Source: a virus
IMG/VR virus record: IMGVR_UViG_3300022213_000237
Location: 105,568 to 169,567 of that record
Reading direction: 5' to 3' (one strand)
DNA: 64,000 nucleotides
Below the pieces are notes generated by a model. That model did no database searches and was not told the origin of the DNA. It was given only the letters and a program-made list of their open reading frames with translations. Below, in pieces: positions 1-8,851 of the stretch. The translations under genes and the position numbers were made by a program. Within the stretch, counting starts at the first letter, position 1. Each line of letters starts with the position of its first letter.

Positions 1-432
1 TGAGTACCCATATTCTTTGGTGTGATTTCGTTCTTGAGGGGTACGTTCGATAAAGGAGCTGGCAATCGACATCGTCGTTGAACGCATTCCGCTTAATCGA
101 GCCAGTGTTGGGTAACTGGGCCAATATGTGTTGTCGAGTACGATGTCGCTTTTAGGCTGGAAACCGCGTTCTTTATAGCCGTGAAAGGCGGCGAGGAGAG
201 CTTGTTTGGCTCCCATGGTAACGACGACATGTTTTTTAGCTTGCTTGATGTGATGTCGAATTAAGTCGATGAGACGTGGATCTCCACCGAAGGGTGGATA
301 GCGAGGCTCCGCCGTCATCACCGATTTAGGAGCACACCAGAACGCGGTTTCCTGTAAGAATACGGGTTCCCCGACGGCGAGGTTATAGTAACCAGAAGTT
401 TCTCCACGAAGCATCAATAAGTCATTGGACAT
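1..432 (-). CDS. PLP-dependent class I/II aminotransferase-like protein (partial, runs off left edge; not in ORF track)
   Basis: Manual translation from ATG at 432: MSNDLLMLRGETSGYYNLAVGEP...RYPPFGGDPRL...VVVTMGAKQALLAAF...YWPSY. This matches AspAT-family motifs (NL.vGEP, Y...G...L, vvvT.GakqAl, p.wpsY). Confidence 0.7.
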   Translation of the reverse strand, partial: MSNDLLMLRGETSGYYNLAVGEPVFLQETAFWCAPKSVMTAEPRYPPFGGDPRLIDLIRHHIKQAKKHVVVTMGAKQALLAAFHGYKERGFQPKSDIVLDNTYWPSYPTLARLSGMRSTTMSIASSFIERTPQERNHTKEYGYS

Positions 433-446
433 GTACAATTCGTAGC

Positions 447-890
447 TTACAGATCAGTAATCAAACTAGATGAGCCTTTTGCTTGAGCCCCTGCTGCCCC
501 AGGGCATTCTAGTTTTTCTAGTGGGATAAAGGCCTTGTATTCTGTCTGAGCACCTATTACTTCAGAAACCCACGACACCAAAACTCCACAGACCCTACAC
601 TTTTTAGTGAGGTCTTCGAGCTGAACCATTTGGTGTGGATTTTGAGGTTCAGGTAGCGAGTCATACAGAGTTTTGGATTTAAGTCGTGACTCTTCTAGCT
701 GCTTGGTTTTAATCTCAACGCGCTCTTTGGCCATCTTGGATGCGACCTCAATCAACTCCATAAAATCTGCGCCCGAGACTTGAACAAAATTGCCGTCCTG
801 GCGAATCATAATGTCGACAAGATCGCCACTTTCGGTGAAGGTCAGTCGTGCGTTACCACACATCTTCAAGTAATATTTTTCGTCACTCAT
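447..890 (-). CDS. hypothetical protein with CxxC motif
   Basis: 147 aa ORF overlapping the ligase stop; operon context. Confidence 0.55.
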   Translation of the reverse strand: MSDEKYYLKMCGNARLTFTESGDLVDIMIRQDGNFVQVSGADFMELIEVASKMAKERVEIKTKQLEESRLKSKTLYDSLPEPQNPHQMVQLEDLTKKCRVCGVLVSWVSEVIGAQTEYKAFIPLEKLECPGAAGAQAKGSSSLITDL

Positions 891-2208
891 CTTCTTTTTC
901 CTTTAACTGAATATCGTCCTCACTTCGTAAGCCTCTATAGACTGGGAGACGTGGGACTCGATCATTTGTAAGCTCAAAAAACTTATATGAGCATTTCTTG
1001 CCCGGCAGCTCCGCGCGCATCTCCCACAATTCAGCGCGAGCTTTATCGTCCAGGCCGGTTCCTATTTCGAATTCTACACCTTCGTCCGTCTTGCACTTTA
1101 AAGCACCTAGAGTCCCAGCACCCTTTGCGTCGCGTTGAAGTTCGGCTACTCCGGTGATTACCGCCTCAGCGTCAGAGAACAGTTTAACCTTCAGTAAGGA
1201 TTTGGAACGCTTATTTTCGACAGGATGATAGTACCTTCGAATCATGGCACCTTCATATCGGCGCTCTACGAACTTGGCGCACTCTTCTCTCAGTTTTTCT
1301 GTCGTTGGGTCTATAATTACTTGTGATTCTACGACACTAATTTTGGTCCCAGTGTAGTATTTTGTTAGTAGGTTTTGAGCAAATTCGAGCCTTAGCGTGT
1401 ACGGGTCAAGAGGTTTCTTCCATTCGAAGTCAAAACACGCATCAAAGACAACAAATTTTAAGTCTCCAACTTCGATACCATCTTTTCTCATCATCGTCTT
1501 CTGGATGGACTGAAAATCGATACGCCCATCAACAATGGATACTACTTCACCGTCGAGATACAGCAACCCAGTATAACCAGCTTCTGCGGCCTCACGCCGT
1601 AAGACTTCGAGTTCACTTCTAATGCTCTCAAAATTTCCCCACTCTTTGCCGGTGCGAGAAAGCAGGCGGATTGGAGAATCTGAATCAAGGGGTATAATTG
1701 CGACGCAGCGCCCGCCATCCAGCTTGGGTTGTAAACACCATCTACCTTTAAGGTCTTTTTCTTTTACTTTAGCATAGTCTGTAGCTAGCGGTACCTCAAA
1801 CAGGTAGATGGTATTCTTGCCTAAGGCCTTGTTTATGTCCTTTGCTCCGATATTGATCCGTAAATCTTGACGAAGAATACGAGTAAACCATTTAAGCTGG
1901 GTCTCGTTGCATAGACCCATGTGGGTCGCAACGGCGTTTAGAGCTTCATTCCCGGTTAGTTTTCGGGCGGCCAATTCGATTAAGATATTGTTCGTCGCAT
2001 GTAACCATTGTTCGTCGTCTTTAAAGACACACGGAGCAAGTGCCGGCTCTGGGAGCTTTTTGACCCCAAAGGTTACATCAGGCGATAGAGCAAGGAAAAG
2101 GATTCCAACGAGGGATTCGCATTGGGAGTGCGCTTCTTTAAGCGCCTCAAGTCGGGCATTACCTTGGGCCGCAGCTTCAATCGATTCTAGAGCTTCAATG
2201 ATGTTCAC
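883..2208 (-). CDS. lig: ATP-dependent DNA ligase
   Basis: Motif I KLDGGR, motif III LDGEV, FVVFD, EGAMIR, motif V LLKVK, C-terminal OB fold with GTG and PRLPVY. Confidence 0.95.
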   Translation of the reverse strand: MNIIEALESIEAAAQGNARLEALKEAHSQCESLVGILFLALSPDVTFGVKKLPEPALAPCVFKDDEQWLHATNNILIELAARKLTGNEALNAVATHMGLCNETQLKWFTRILRQDLRINIGAKDINKALGKNTIYLFEVPLATDYAKVKEKDLKGRWCLQPKLDGGRCVAIIPLDSDSPIRLLSRTGKEWGNFESIRSELEVLRREAAEAGYTGLLYLDGEVVSIVDGRIDFQSIQKTMMRKDGIEVGDLKFVVFDACFDFEWKKPLDPYTLRLEFAQNLLTKYYTGTKISVVESQVIIDPTTEKLREECAKFVERRYEGAMIRRYYHPVENKRSKSLLKVKLFSDAEAVITGVAELQRDAKGAGTLGALKCKTDEGVEFEIGTGLDDKARAELWEMRAELPGKKCSYKFFELTNDRVPRLPVYRGLRSEDDIQLKEKEDE

Positions 2209-2708
2209 TGTGTACCGATAGCCTCATGATCTGCAAGATGAACGGCGGCATCGATACCGTACTTGTCCCAACCAGCATGTCCCAATTCTCCGTCCGCATC
2301 CTCACATCCTTGCACCACGTGAGCTAGCTCGTGGGTGAAGGCGCTGCCTTGGACATTAGGTCTATTGGCAACTAACGTTGTATGTGTCGGACAGTCTGTT
2401 TCCCCGGTGACGCCCTTTTGGCCACTGTATGGTGATGTGTAAGTAGGTCCGGTATCATGAAGATACACAGAATGACCTGACAGATATTTACATGTATTCC
2501 CAAAATCACCAGCCGCTGGGTCCACAGACTTAAAAGCTTCTACGGCCCTATCTTCTTGGCGTTGGATATCCTCGCAAGTCCACCCAGCAGGTATGTCCGC
2601 ATAATGCGTAGCCCCTTCGAACTTAAGTCCGCACGTGGTTACGCACAAGGGCTTACCGCAAGCCGTCAACAACAGGAAGATTATCGTACTTTTCTGAAAG
2701 GGTGCCAT
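2205..2708 (-). CDS. putative lipoprotein with HExxH zinc-metallopeptidase motif
   Basis: Short signal with lipobox LTAC; FTHELAHVVQG followed by a downstream H; Cys-rich. Confidence 0.55.
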   Translation of the reverse strand: MAPFQKSTIIFLLLTACGKPLCVTTCGLKFEGATHYADIPAGWTCEDIQRQEDRAVEAFKSVDPAAGDFGNTCKYLSGHSVYLHDTGPTYTSPYSGQKGVTGETDCPTHTTLVANRPNVQGSAFTHELAHVVQGCEDADGELGHAGWDKYGIDAAVHLADHEAIGTQ

Positions 2709-3499
2709 GATAGAGACGCTCCAAAATAAGGAGAAGCGCCGTGATCAACAACAACCCAAGCACGTGGACCTACATCGAACTTTCCGATTTCGACATTGAC
2801 TCCGCCGCCGGCCAGCAGTCCGGGATTAGTTCCTACACCGACCTCGGCTGTAAGATCTAGTTTTTCATACCACTTTTCTTCAATGACGGCAGGATTTACG
2901 GCACCAAGGGCTATATCTACTTGGAAGTTCTTCTCTGACGAAGTAGCAGAGGACCGCCAGGCACCGTCTTTGGTCTGAGACACAATGATATTGAGCTTAA
3001 GGGGTCTAATTTGAGAGAGCCTGATGCCGTAGGTGGTTGGACCTGGGTCTGTAACAGAGCAATCAGCAATAGTTTGGCCCACAACTCGAAAAGGCTCTAG
3101 GTCCATTCCGGTATCAAAATCGACTTTCACCATATTACCGTGCGGGTCTTTGGTCACACGACCGTTGCCCTTGGATTCAAGATCGTGACGCAGCTTGACG
3201 ATAATGGTATTTGCGGTGAGAAGTTGGTCCCCGCTCTTCTTCAGCAATGCCTGTAACTCACTCAATTCTTTGTCTTTTGAATCGAGTAAGCTGCGTAGGT
3301 CGTTGGTCTGGATAGCAAGCTTTTGATACACCCCTTGCTGGACTTCAATTGTTTTGTCGCGGAGCGCTATTTCGTTTTGAAGACGAACAATCCTCTCGTT
3401 CGTCTGATGTTCGCGAAAGGTAAAGGCGCCGACTACAGCTACCAACACCAACAAGAAAACGCCTACGGCAGCAAGCAATTGCTTGATTGAGATATTCAT
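2681..3499 (-). CDS. membrane-anchored coiled-coil protein with beta-rich C-terminus (spanin-like?)
   Basis: N-terminal hydrophobic TM (LLAAVGVFLLVLVAVVGAF), heptad coiled coil, C-terminal alternating beta strands ending YFGASLSWHPF. Confidence 0.5.
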   Translation of the reverse strand: MNISIKQLLAAVGVFLLVLVAVVGAFTFREHQTNERIVRLQNEIALRDKTIEVQQGVYQKLAIQTNDLRSLLDSKDKELSELQALLKKSGDQLLTANTIIVKLRHDLESKGNGRVTKDPHGNMVKVDFDTGMDLEPFRVVGQTIADCSVTDPGPTTYGIRLSQIRPLKLNIIVSQTKDGAWRSSATSSEKNFQVDIALGAVNPAVIEEKWYEKLDLTAEVGVGTNPGLLAGGGVNVEIGKFDVGPRAWVVVDHGASPYFGASLSWHPFRKVR

Positions 3500-4032
3500 T
3501 TCTTTTTGTCCTTCTTTTTGGGTTGTCCGAGAATTCTATCCGCGAGTCCGCGCTCAATTGCTTCTTCAGGTGTAAGCAAAGTCTCATCCACGCACATCTT
3601 CTGGATATCAGCCGGGGTAAGAATGCCACCGCTGCGAGAGGATAGAGCTTTGTTGTACACGTGCAGTCGCTCGCACTCCGCAACGGAACGACGCATATGG
3701 GTTACTGGGCCTTCGCCATGCAAAGACATCTCGTGCAAAAACAACGAAGCGCTGGGTCCAATCCACCTTTCTGTCCCAGCTTGAAAAATAAGCACGGCAA
3801 TGGAAGAAACGGCACCTAATCCGGTAGTTACTACCTTATTGTTAGCGTTCATCAGAGCGTCAAAAATCGCCATACCGCCTTGAGACCAACCACCATCGGA
3901 GGTAATCACAACGTTGATGTCCCCAGCATTTTCTTCAAGAGAATCAATCACATAGAATTCTCTAAGGAATTCATTTACAAACGCTGGATTTACTTCCTCT
4001 GGAGGACAACAAATGATGGAATGTTTGGTCAT
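3496..4032 (-). CDS. clpP: ClpP-like serine protease
   Basis: ITSDGG...GMAIFDAL, GAVSSIA (catalytic Ser), FLHE (His), TPEEAIERGLADRI C-terminal signature. Confidence 0.85.
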   Translation of the reverse strand: MTKHSIICCPPEEVNPAFVNEFLREFYVIDSLEENAGDINVVITSDGGWSQGGMAIFDALMNANNKVVTTGLGAVSSIAVLIFQAGTERWIGPSASLFLHEMSLHGEGPVTHMRRSVAECERLHVYNKALSSRSGGILTPADIQKMCVDETLLTPEEAIERGLADRILGQPKKKDKKK

Positions 4033-4057
4033 TTACTGTCTTTAGCTAGTCGATCTT

Positions 4058-6694
4058 TTACTTCATCATGGTCATCACCAGATTTGGCTCAATTATTTTC
4101 CCGTTGTAAGAGCTGTCCGGCTTGAGGTAGTTTTCAATAGGGCCTTCAATAGTATCTTCGCCCATGTATCCGGTATTGGGCAACAATCCATCTAAATCCT
4201 CACCGTGTGTGAGGCCGTGCTTAAAGTTAGTACGAGAAACAATAGCTCTACCAACCTCAGCACTCCTACTTTTGGCCACATACAAAGTGATTCTCTTGTT
4301 TACTTGGGCCACAGGTGACCGATTAAGAGTGATTACGTTGCTGGCTGCCGTCATCGGACCCCAAGCCTCAAGAACGTCTTCCATTCTAAGCAAGCGATGT
4401 GTGGTGTCACCGCGATTAACCTTAGAACCTTCGCGATTGGTTTGAATAGCCAATAGGGCGTGGAAATCGCACTCGAGTGCCAGCTGGACGTAGTGCTCGT
4501 ATACGATTTCGATGATGGAACGCATAGCAAGCGCGCCTTTACCAGCTAAAGCTTGATTGGTGGTCAATTTAGCTGGATAGTCGGAAACCAGGAGATCAAA
4601 TCCTTTACCGGTTCGGGCTTTGCGTTCGTCCTGGACGCGACGAATTATGGGCATTATTTCCTCGACCGCCATTCCCGCTTTATTATATGGAATGTAGACG
4701 CAATTTTTCGCGATAATGTTCGCGACATGGTTCAGTAATTGAACCCCCTCAGGGGTTTTATAAAGGCGGAAAAGATCTTCTTCGGACCCCTTCAGACACG
4801 CCTTTAAGAGTTTGTTGCGAATATCGTGAGGGCGGCCTTCATGCGTCATCAATAGCACGCTATTGCCGTTCATAATGTTGTGACGAGCAACTGTAAGAAG
4901 GAAGGTGGTGTTGTGTGTAACCGTTAAATCGCCGAGCAAACAAAGACGGTCGCCATCAAGCGTAAATCCATAATAGTCGCCCTCACCGCAAGGCTCAACT
5001 CTAAATCCAGATGTATCGCACGGTTTACTGCCATCTTTGGCGCGTTTACGTTCTAATCTGACGGGAATTTCGGATAAAGCTCCGCTTAGACTCAGCGATA
5101 CATACTGACCCTCGGTTCCGTTTTGATCGGATTTTGTAATAAGCCTCTCTCCAACTTTAAGACCTAAGCTTCGGGCCAAGAAGGCGATGTCTGCTGCCAG
5201 ACGTTTGGATTTTTGGGTAATTTCTATCACTTTATCTCCTGCCCATCCGTCAGTATCTACGATTCCAGCCAACAACTCTAAACGTTGTTGACGAGATCCA
5301 GTAAGATATAAATGAGGGATATGTTTACATCCTAAAAGGTCTAGGCCTCTGAGACTAGAATGGGCGGTGCCTGACCCGATCGCCCGTATCAACCAAGCTC
5401 TATTGTGTGAATTGCCCACTACAGAGATGCCGTGACCACAGGACCTGATCCATGATTCCCACGTTAACGCCAATTCGTCATCCATAGTGGTTAGCACGGC
5501 GCCGGACGAATGCCCATCACCCAACCACATCCCCAGAACGTAAGCCGGAATCGGCTGATTTTGCTGCTGGAAATCTAACCCAACCCTCCAGAGCTTCATT
5601 CTGTTTTTCCAGTTGTTGGATTTCTCTAAATATTCATTAAGAGGAATGTTAACAATATCCCCCTTCCATAAGCATGGCTCTCCGTTCCCGCTAGTTGACG
5701 AATATCTGCCCCTTTGCCTTTCTTTGGGTTCATCGTCTGCACTACATTTTAAGCTTAAGATGTGGACATCGTTACAGATCCACGGATTGCCCCCAGTTTT
5801 GGGGATAATCTTAAATAATGGACCATGTCCTTTGGTGGTGGACAACACTTTGCGAGGTGCCCCATCCGGGCCCATCAATAAATCCCCCGACTTAATGTCC
5901 TCTACAGGAACTCTATGTCCCGAAAACATCAGTATTTCTGTACCTTTACCCCAGCATTTCCCAACGTTAGATGGAGCGAGAACAACAGTGGTGTCACCGC
6001 GTTGCAGTCCACCAGTCGTCTTAATAATACGACCTGTACCGGGCAGACCTTTAGCTTTTTCATCCGCATTTTGTTCCCGCTCGACGGCGCCATCGAGCAA
6101 TGCCTCATCAAGCAAAGGCAGTCCCGTCGACAGAGCCGCTTTCACGTCGTCGTACTTCTGCTGTAAATAGACTTCTGGATTGAGAAACGAAACCTCACGA
6201 CCTTCTTCGAAAGAAGCGACACCAAATTGCTTAACCGCGTCTTCCATGACGGCAGCGACTTCGCTCCATCGTTGGCGATTCCAGAGGTTTGAGGTCTTGA
6301 GAATGGCGTTCTGTAAAACTTTCGATTGTAGCCACGCAGTCAACTCCAATCTGATTTTATCCCATCTGATATCGGCTGTACGCTGCAGAGCGATATTCAG
6401 ACGCGCAGTGAGTCTTTGAGCGGTATCGCTACCCTCGATCACCCACTCCCTGGAGCCGGTCAACTCGCTCTGGGTTGGTGGTCTTCCAAGTGGGTGACTT
6501 ATGGACTGGATTATTTTGTATAATTTTTCGTCATACGGATTCACGAACCAGTCCGGCTGAACCCTGTGCCCCACCTGCATGAAGATCTTTGGGTCTTGAA
6601 TGAGGTGGCCGATGAAGGCCGACTGGTAGGCGTCGCTTAGCGGTAGGGTAGCGCTTACAGGTATTTCCACTTTAAGGGTTTCAACTGACGACAT
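4058..6694 (-). CDS. dnaB: DnaB/gp41-like replicative helicase, intein-containing
   Basis: Walker A APSNVGK[intein]T, THEG, LLVSDY, AIQTNR, VAKSR motifs. Start placed at ATG 6694; the ORF track extends to 6736. Confidence 0.88.
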   Translation of the reverse strand: MSSVETLKVEIPVSATLPLSDAYQSAFIGHLIQDPKIFMQVGHRVQPDWFVNPYDEKLYKIIQSISHPLGRPPTQSELTGSREWVIEGSDTAQRLTARLNIALQRTADIRWDKIRLELTAWLQSKVLQNAILKTSNLWNRQRWSEVAAVMEDAVKQFGVASFEEGREVSFLNPEVYLQQKYDDVKAALSTGLPLLDEALLDGAVEREQNADEKAKGLPGTGRIIKTTGGLQRGDTTVVLAPSNVGKCWGKGTEILMFSGHRVPVEDIKSGDLLMGPDGAPRKVLSTTKGHGPLFKIIPKTGGNPWICNDVHILSLKCSADDEPKERQRGRYSSTSGNGEPCLWKGDIVNIPLNEYLEKSNNWKNRMKLWRVGLDFQQQNQPIPAYVLGMWLGDGHSSGAVLTTMDDELALTWESWIRSCGHGISVVGNSHNRAWLIRAIGSGTAHSSLRGLDLLGCKHIPHLYLTGSRQQRLELLAGIVDTDGWAGDKVIEITQKSKRLAADIAFLARSLGLKVGERLITKSDQNGTEGQYVSLSLSGALSEIPVRLERKRAKDGSKPCDTSGFRVEPCGEGDYYGFTLDGDRLCLLGDLTVTHNTTFLLTVARHNIMNGNSVLLMTHEGRPHDIRNKLLKACLKGSEEDLFRLYKTPEGVQLLNHVANIIAKNCVYIPYNKAGMAVEEIMPIIRRVQDERKARTGKGFDLLVSDYPAKLTTNQALAGKGALAMRSIIEIVYEHYVQLALECDFHALLAIQTNREGSKVNRGDTTHRLLRMEDVLEAWGPMTAASNVITLNRSPVAQVNKRITLYVAKSRSAEVGRAIVSRTNFKHGLTHGEDLDGLLPNTGYMGEDTIEGPIENYLKPDSSYNGKIIEPNLVMTMMK
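4910..5956 (-). mobile_element. Intein (349 aa, class 1) with LAGLIDADG homing endonuclease in the helicase P-loop
   Basis: Begins CWGKGT, block B CNDVHIL, LGMWLGDG and LAGIVDTDG, ends VTHN followed by Thr; removal restores GKT. Confidence 0.95.
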
Positions 6695-6889
6695 GTATGT
6701 CCTTAGTCCTTTATCGGGGATACCGACATATACCACCCCGATCTTTTCGATCTTTTCGATAATATTAAAGCCAAGTTAGCTCGTTGAGGAAGATCACACG
6801 CTACCTGTTCAAACAGATGGCGTCTTCGCTTCTAACAGATAGCTGCTCGATCGTGTGCGCTTCAGTGCTCTATCTCCTTCCTAAAGTGT

Positions 6890-6918
6890 TTGACACCGAC
6901 AGAATATCGTGTCATTAT
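6890..6918 (+). promoter_or_regulatory. putative sigma70-type promoter overlapped by a palindrome
   Basis: TTGACA (6890-6895), 17 nt spacer, TGn-CATTAT (-10 at 6913-6918); TGACAC-N12-GTGTCA inverted repeat overlaps it. Confidence 0.4.
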
Positions 6919-6996
6919 GTCACAGCAACTCAATCCAGCTTTATTTCTCGTCGCACCTGAACACATACAGCCATTAACACTGAACAAACGAGCAGT

Positions 6997-8619
6997 TTGG
7001 AGACCATTTTGAAAACCGAAAACGCCAATCCCCGCAAAAACCCTGAACTTCAGGGCGCACATATCCTGAAGTCGTACCTCAAGAGTTTGAAGATCCCCTT
7101 CGAAATTGGAGGCTCGGAGAATTCTGTTGAAGTCAAAACCGTTGACGGACAGAAGACCGTCTCTGTGGTGGTTGGCTCCGGCTCAGGTCAGATTCAAATT
7201 GATCCTCTAATCATTACCTCTTTTGAGCTATCTAAGTCTTTGAGTGCCCTGCATCTGGTTACTGAAGCCGCTGGCTATGGGCGACCAAATCCAATTAGCC
7301 GTGGTGCTCAATCGACCGGTCGAGTTAACTATCTCGACAACTTCGAAGACGTGTATTTGCGGCACTCAATTTTTCGTCGGTCCCCGAATCAAAACGATGC
7401 CGACTTAGAGCCATTCTTACCAACAATTAAACGTTGCGCCCGCAAAGCCATGTTTCGTTACAAGAACGTTTTCCAAGCCATGGGCTTTAGCGAGGGAGAT
7501 CTCATCACCACCGGCATGGTCTACACCGTTTCTTATCTCCATCACTACAGTTACGCTCCCGACCATATTGATAACGTTAAATTGCTGACAGACTTTCTGA
7601 AACAGCGCTTTGGCGAGATGGCTAAAATCACTTACAAGAAAGCCCTGAACGCAACCTGTTTGCCGCAAGCCGTGAGAGCTAACGCGCTGAATCACGAAGA
7701 TGAAGAAACCTCTTACATCGATACCTACGCAGAATCCGAAGAATCGTCTCCTGACGACGAATATGGAGAAGATGAATTCCGAGTCACGTTCGCTGGCGGT
7801 ATTGTCCGCACTCTCATCGTGAAAAACGACGGCATGCTCGGCCTCGACCTTTATCTCGACGGCAGGAAGTTAAGACCTTCGGAGGCGCGGAGCTTGACCG
7901 AAGATATGCGGCAAGGTCGTGTTAAAAAGGAACGAGTACACGATGTTCTCCCCGAACCGGAAGAATCGGAAGCCTCTATGCAAGCCCGTGCCCTTGCTGC
8001 CCGCAAGGAATTGATTGAAAAACTTAGGGCCATGGATACGGAAACCAGAACCGTGGTACTCGGTTACGCGGCCCTGTCACGAGACTATGCTCCGGATGCT
8101 CGACGAGAGGCACGGAATCTTTGCGAAGAATTGGTGTGTCCGCAATGCGAACGTAAAGTTCCGTCAGGTGCTTATTGTCTGCGATGTGAAGTTGGTGTCG
8201 TACCGCTACTCGGCGTGGATTACATGGCTTTTCGGGAAAAACTGGAAAAGGAGCATCACCCCATGGCAGAAGCTATGTCTGCGCACGTGCCTGAATCGGA
8301 AATTCGAGCCCGCGCCAAGAAACCGGTTGTTCAAACTACGGTGTCTCTTGCTGACGCCACCGAAGCCAAACCGATCGAAATCGTCAAAGTCGTACCCATT
8401 ATTTCCGCAATCGATCGAGAAGCTCTCAAAAAACAGTTGGAAGATGACTTACTTAAGCGACTACCTGCCACCGGGACTTGTCCTTTTTGCAAGAGGGTCT
8501 TGCCACAAAAAGATTTTGGTGTTAGGGTGGCCAACGACAAAACAACGGGTCTACCCTCGCGTGCATCTAGACAATCCCGTTGCCACCCTTGTCGAGGCAA
8601 AAAAGCAAAGAAAGGATAA
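6997..8619 (+). CDS. putative transcription regulator with sigma region-2-like segment and two zinc fingers
   Basis: FLPTIKRCARKA...GFSEGDLITTGMV resembles sigma region 2.1-2.2; CPQC..CLRC and CPFC..CHPC; TTG start. Confidence 0.45.
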   Translation: METILKTENANPRKNPELQGAHILKSYLKSLKIPFEIGGSENSVEVKTVDGQKTVSVVVGSGSGQIQIDPLIITSFELSKSLSALHLVTEAAGYGRPNPISRGAQSTGRVNYLDNFEDVYLRHSIFRRSPNQNDADLEPFLPTIKRCARKAMFRYKNVFQAMGFSEGDLITTGMVYTVSYLHHYSYAPDHIDNVKLLTDFLKQRFGEMAKITYKKALNATCLPQAVRANALNHEDEETSYIDTYAESEESSPDDEYGEDEFRVTFAGGIVRTLIVKNDGMLGLDLYLDGRKLRPSEARSLTEDMRQGRVKKERVHDVLPEPEESEASMQARALAARKELIEKLRAMDTETRTVVLGYAALSRDYAPDARREARNLCEELVCPQCERKVPSGAYCLRCEVGVVPLLGVDYMAFREKLEKEHHPMAEAMSAHVPESEIRARAKKPVVQTTVSLADATEAKPIEIVKVVPIISAIDREALKKQLEDDLLKRLPATGTCPFCKRVLPQKDFGVRVANDKTTGLPSRASRQSRCHPCRGKKAKKG

Positions 8620-8626
8620 AGACAAT

Positions 8627-8851
8627 ATGCTTTGGAGAGCGATGCAAGCGAAGATGGTTCGCAAGACGGCTGAAAAGACACCAAAGATGAAAGAGTGCCC
8701 AAAATGCTATCGGAGGCGCAGTGTCGAAAAGTATTTTGGATTTCGGACCCAGCACGGACTAGATGGTAGGCCTCAGAGATCTATGGTCCAGTCCTACTGC
8801 GTGGACTGTCGCAAAGAAGCTTCAGCGGGCTCAAAACTACACACTAATTAA
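8627..8851 (+). CDS. small zinc-finger protein (74 aa)
   Basis: ATG 8 nt after the upstream stop; CPKC...FGFR...QSYCVDCR parallels the C-terminal finger of 6997..8619. Confidence 0.6.
   Translation: MLWRAMQAKMVRKTAEKTPKMKECPKCYRRRSVEKYFGFRTQHGLDGRPQRSMVQSYCVDCRKEASAGSKLHTN

Noticed and set aside
8015-8626. 278-aa ORF overlapping the 540-aa gene
   Set aside because: Only the last 74 codons from ATG 8627 look protein-like; the rest is an alternative frame.
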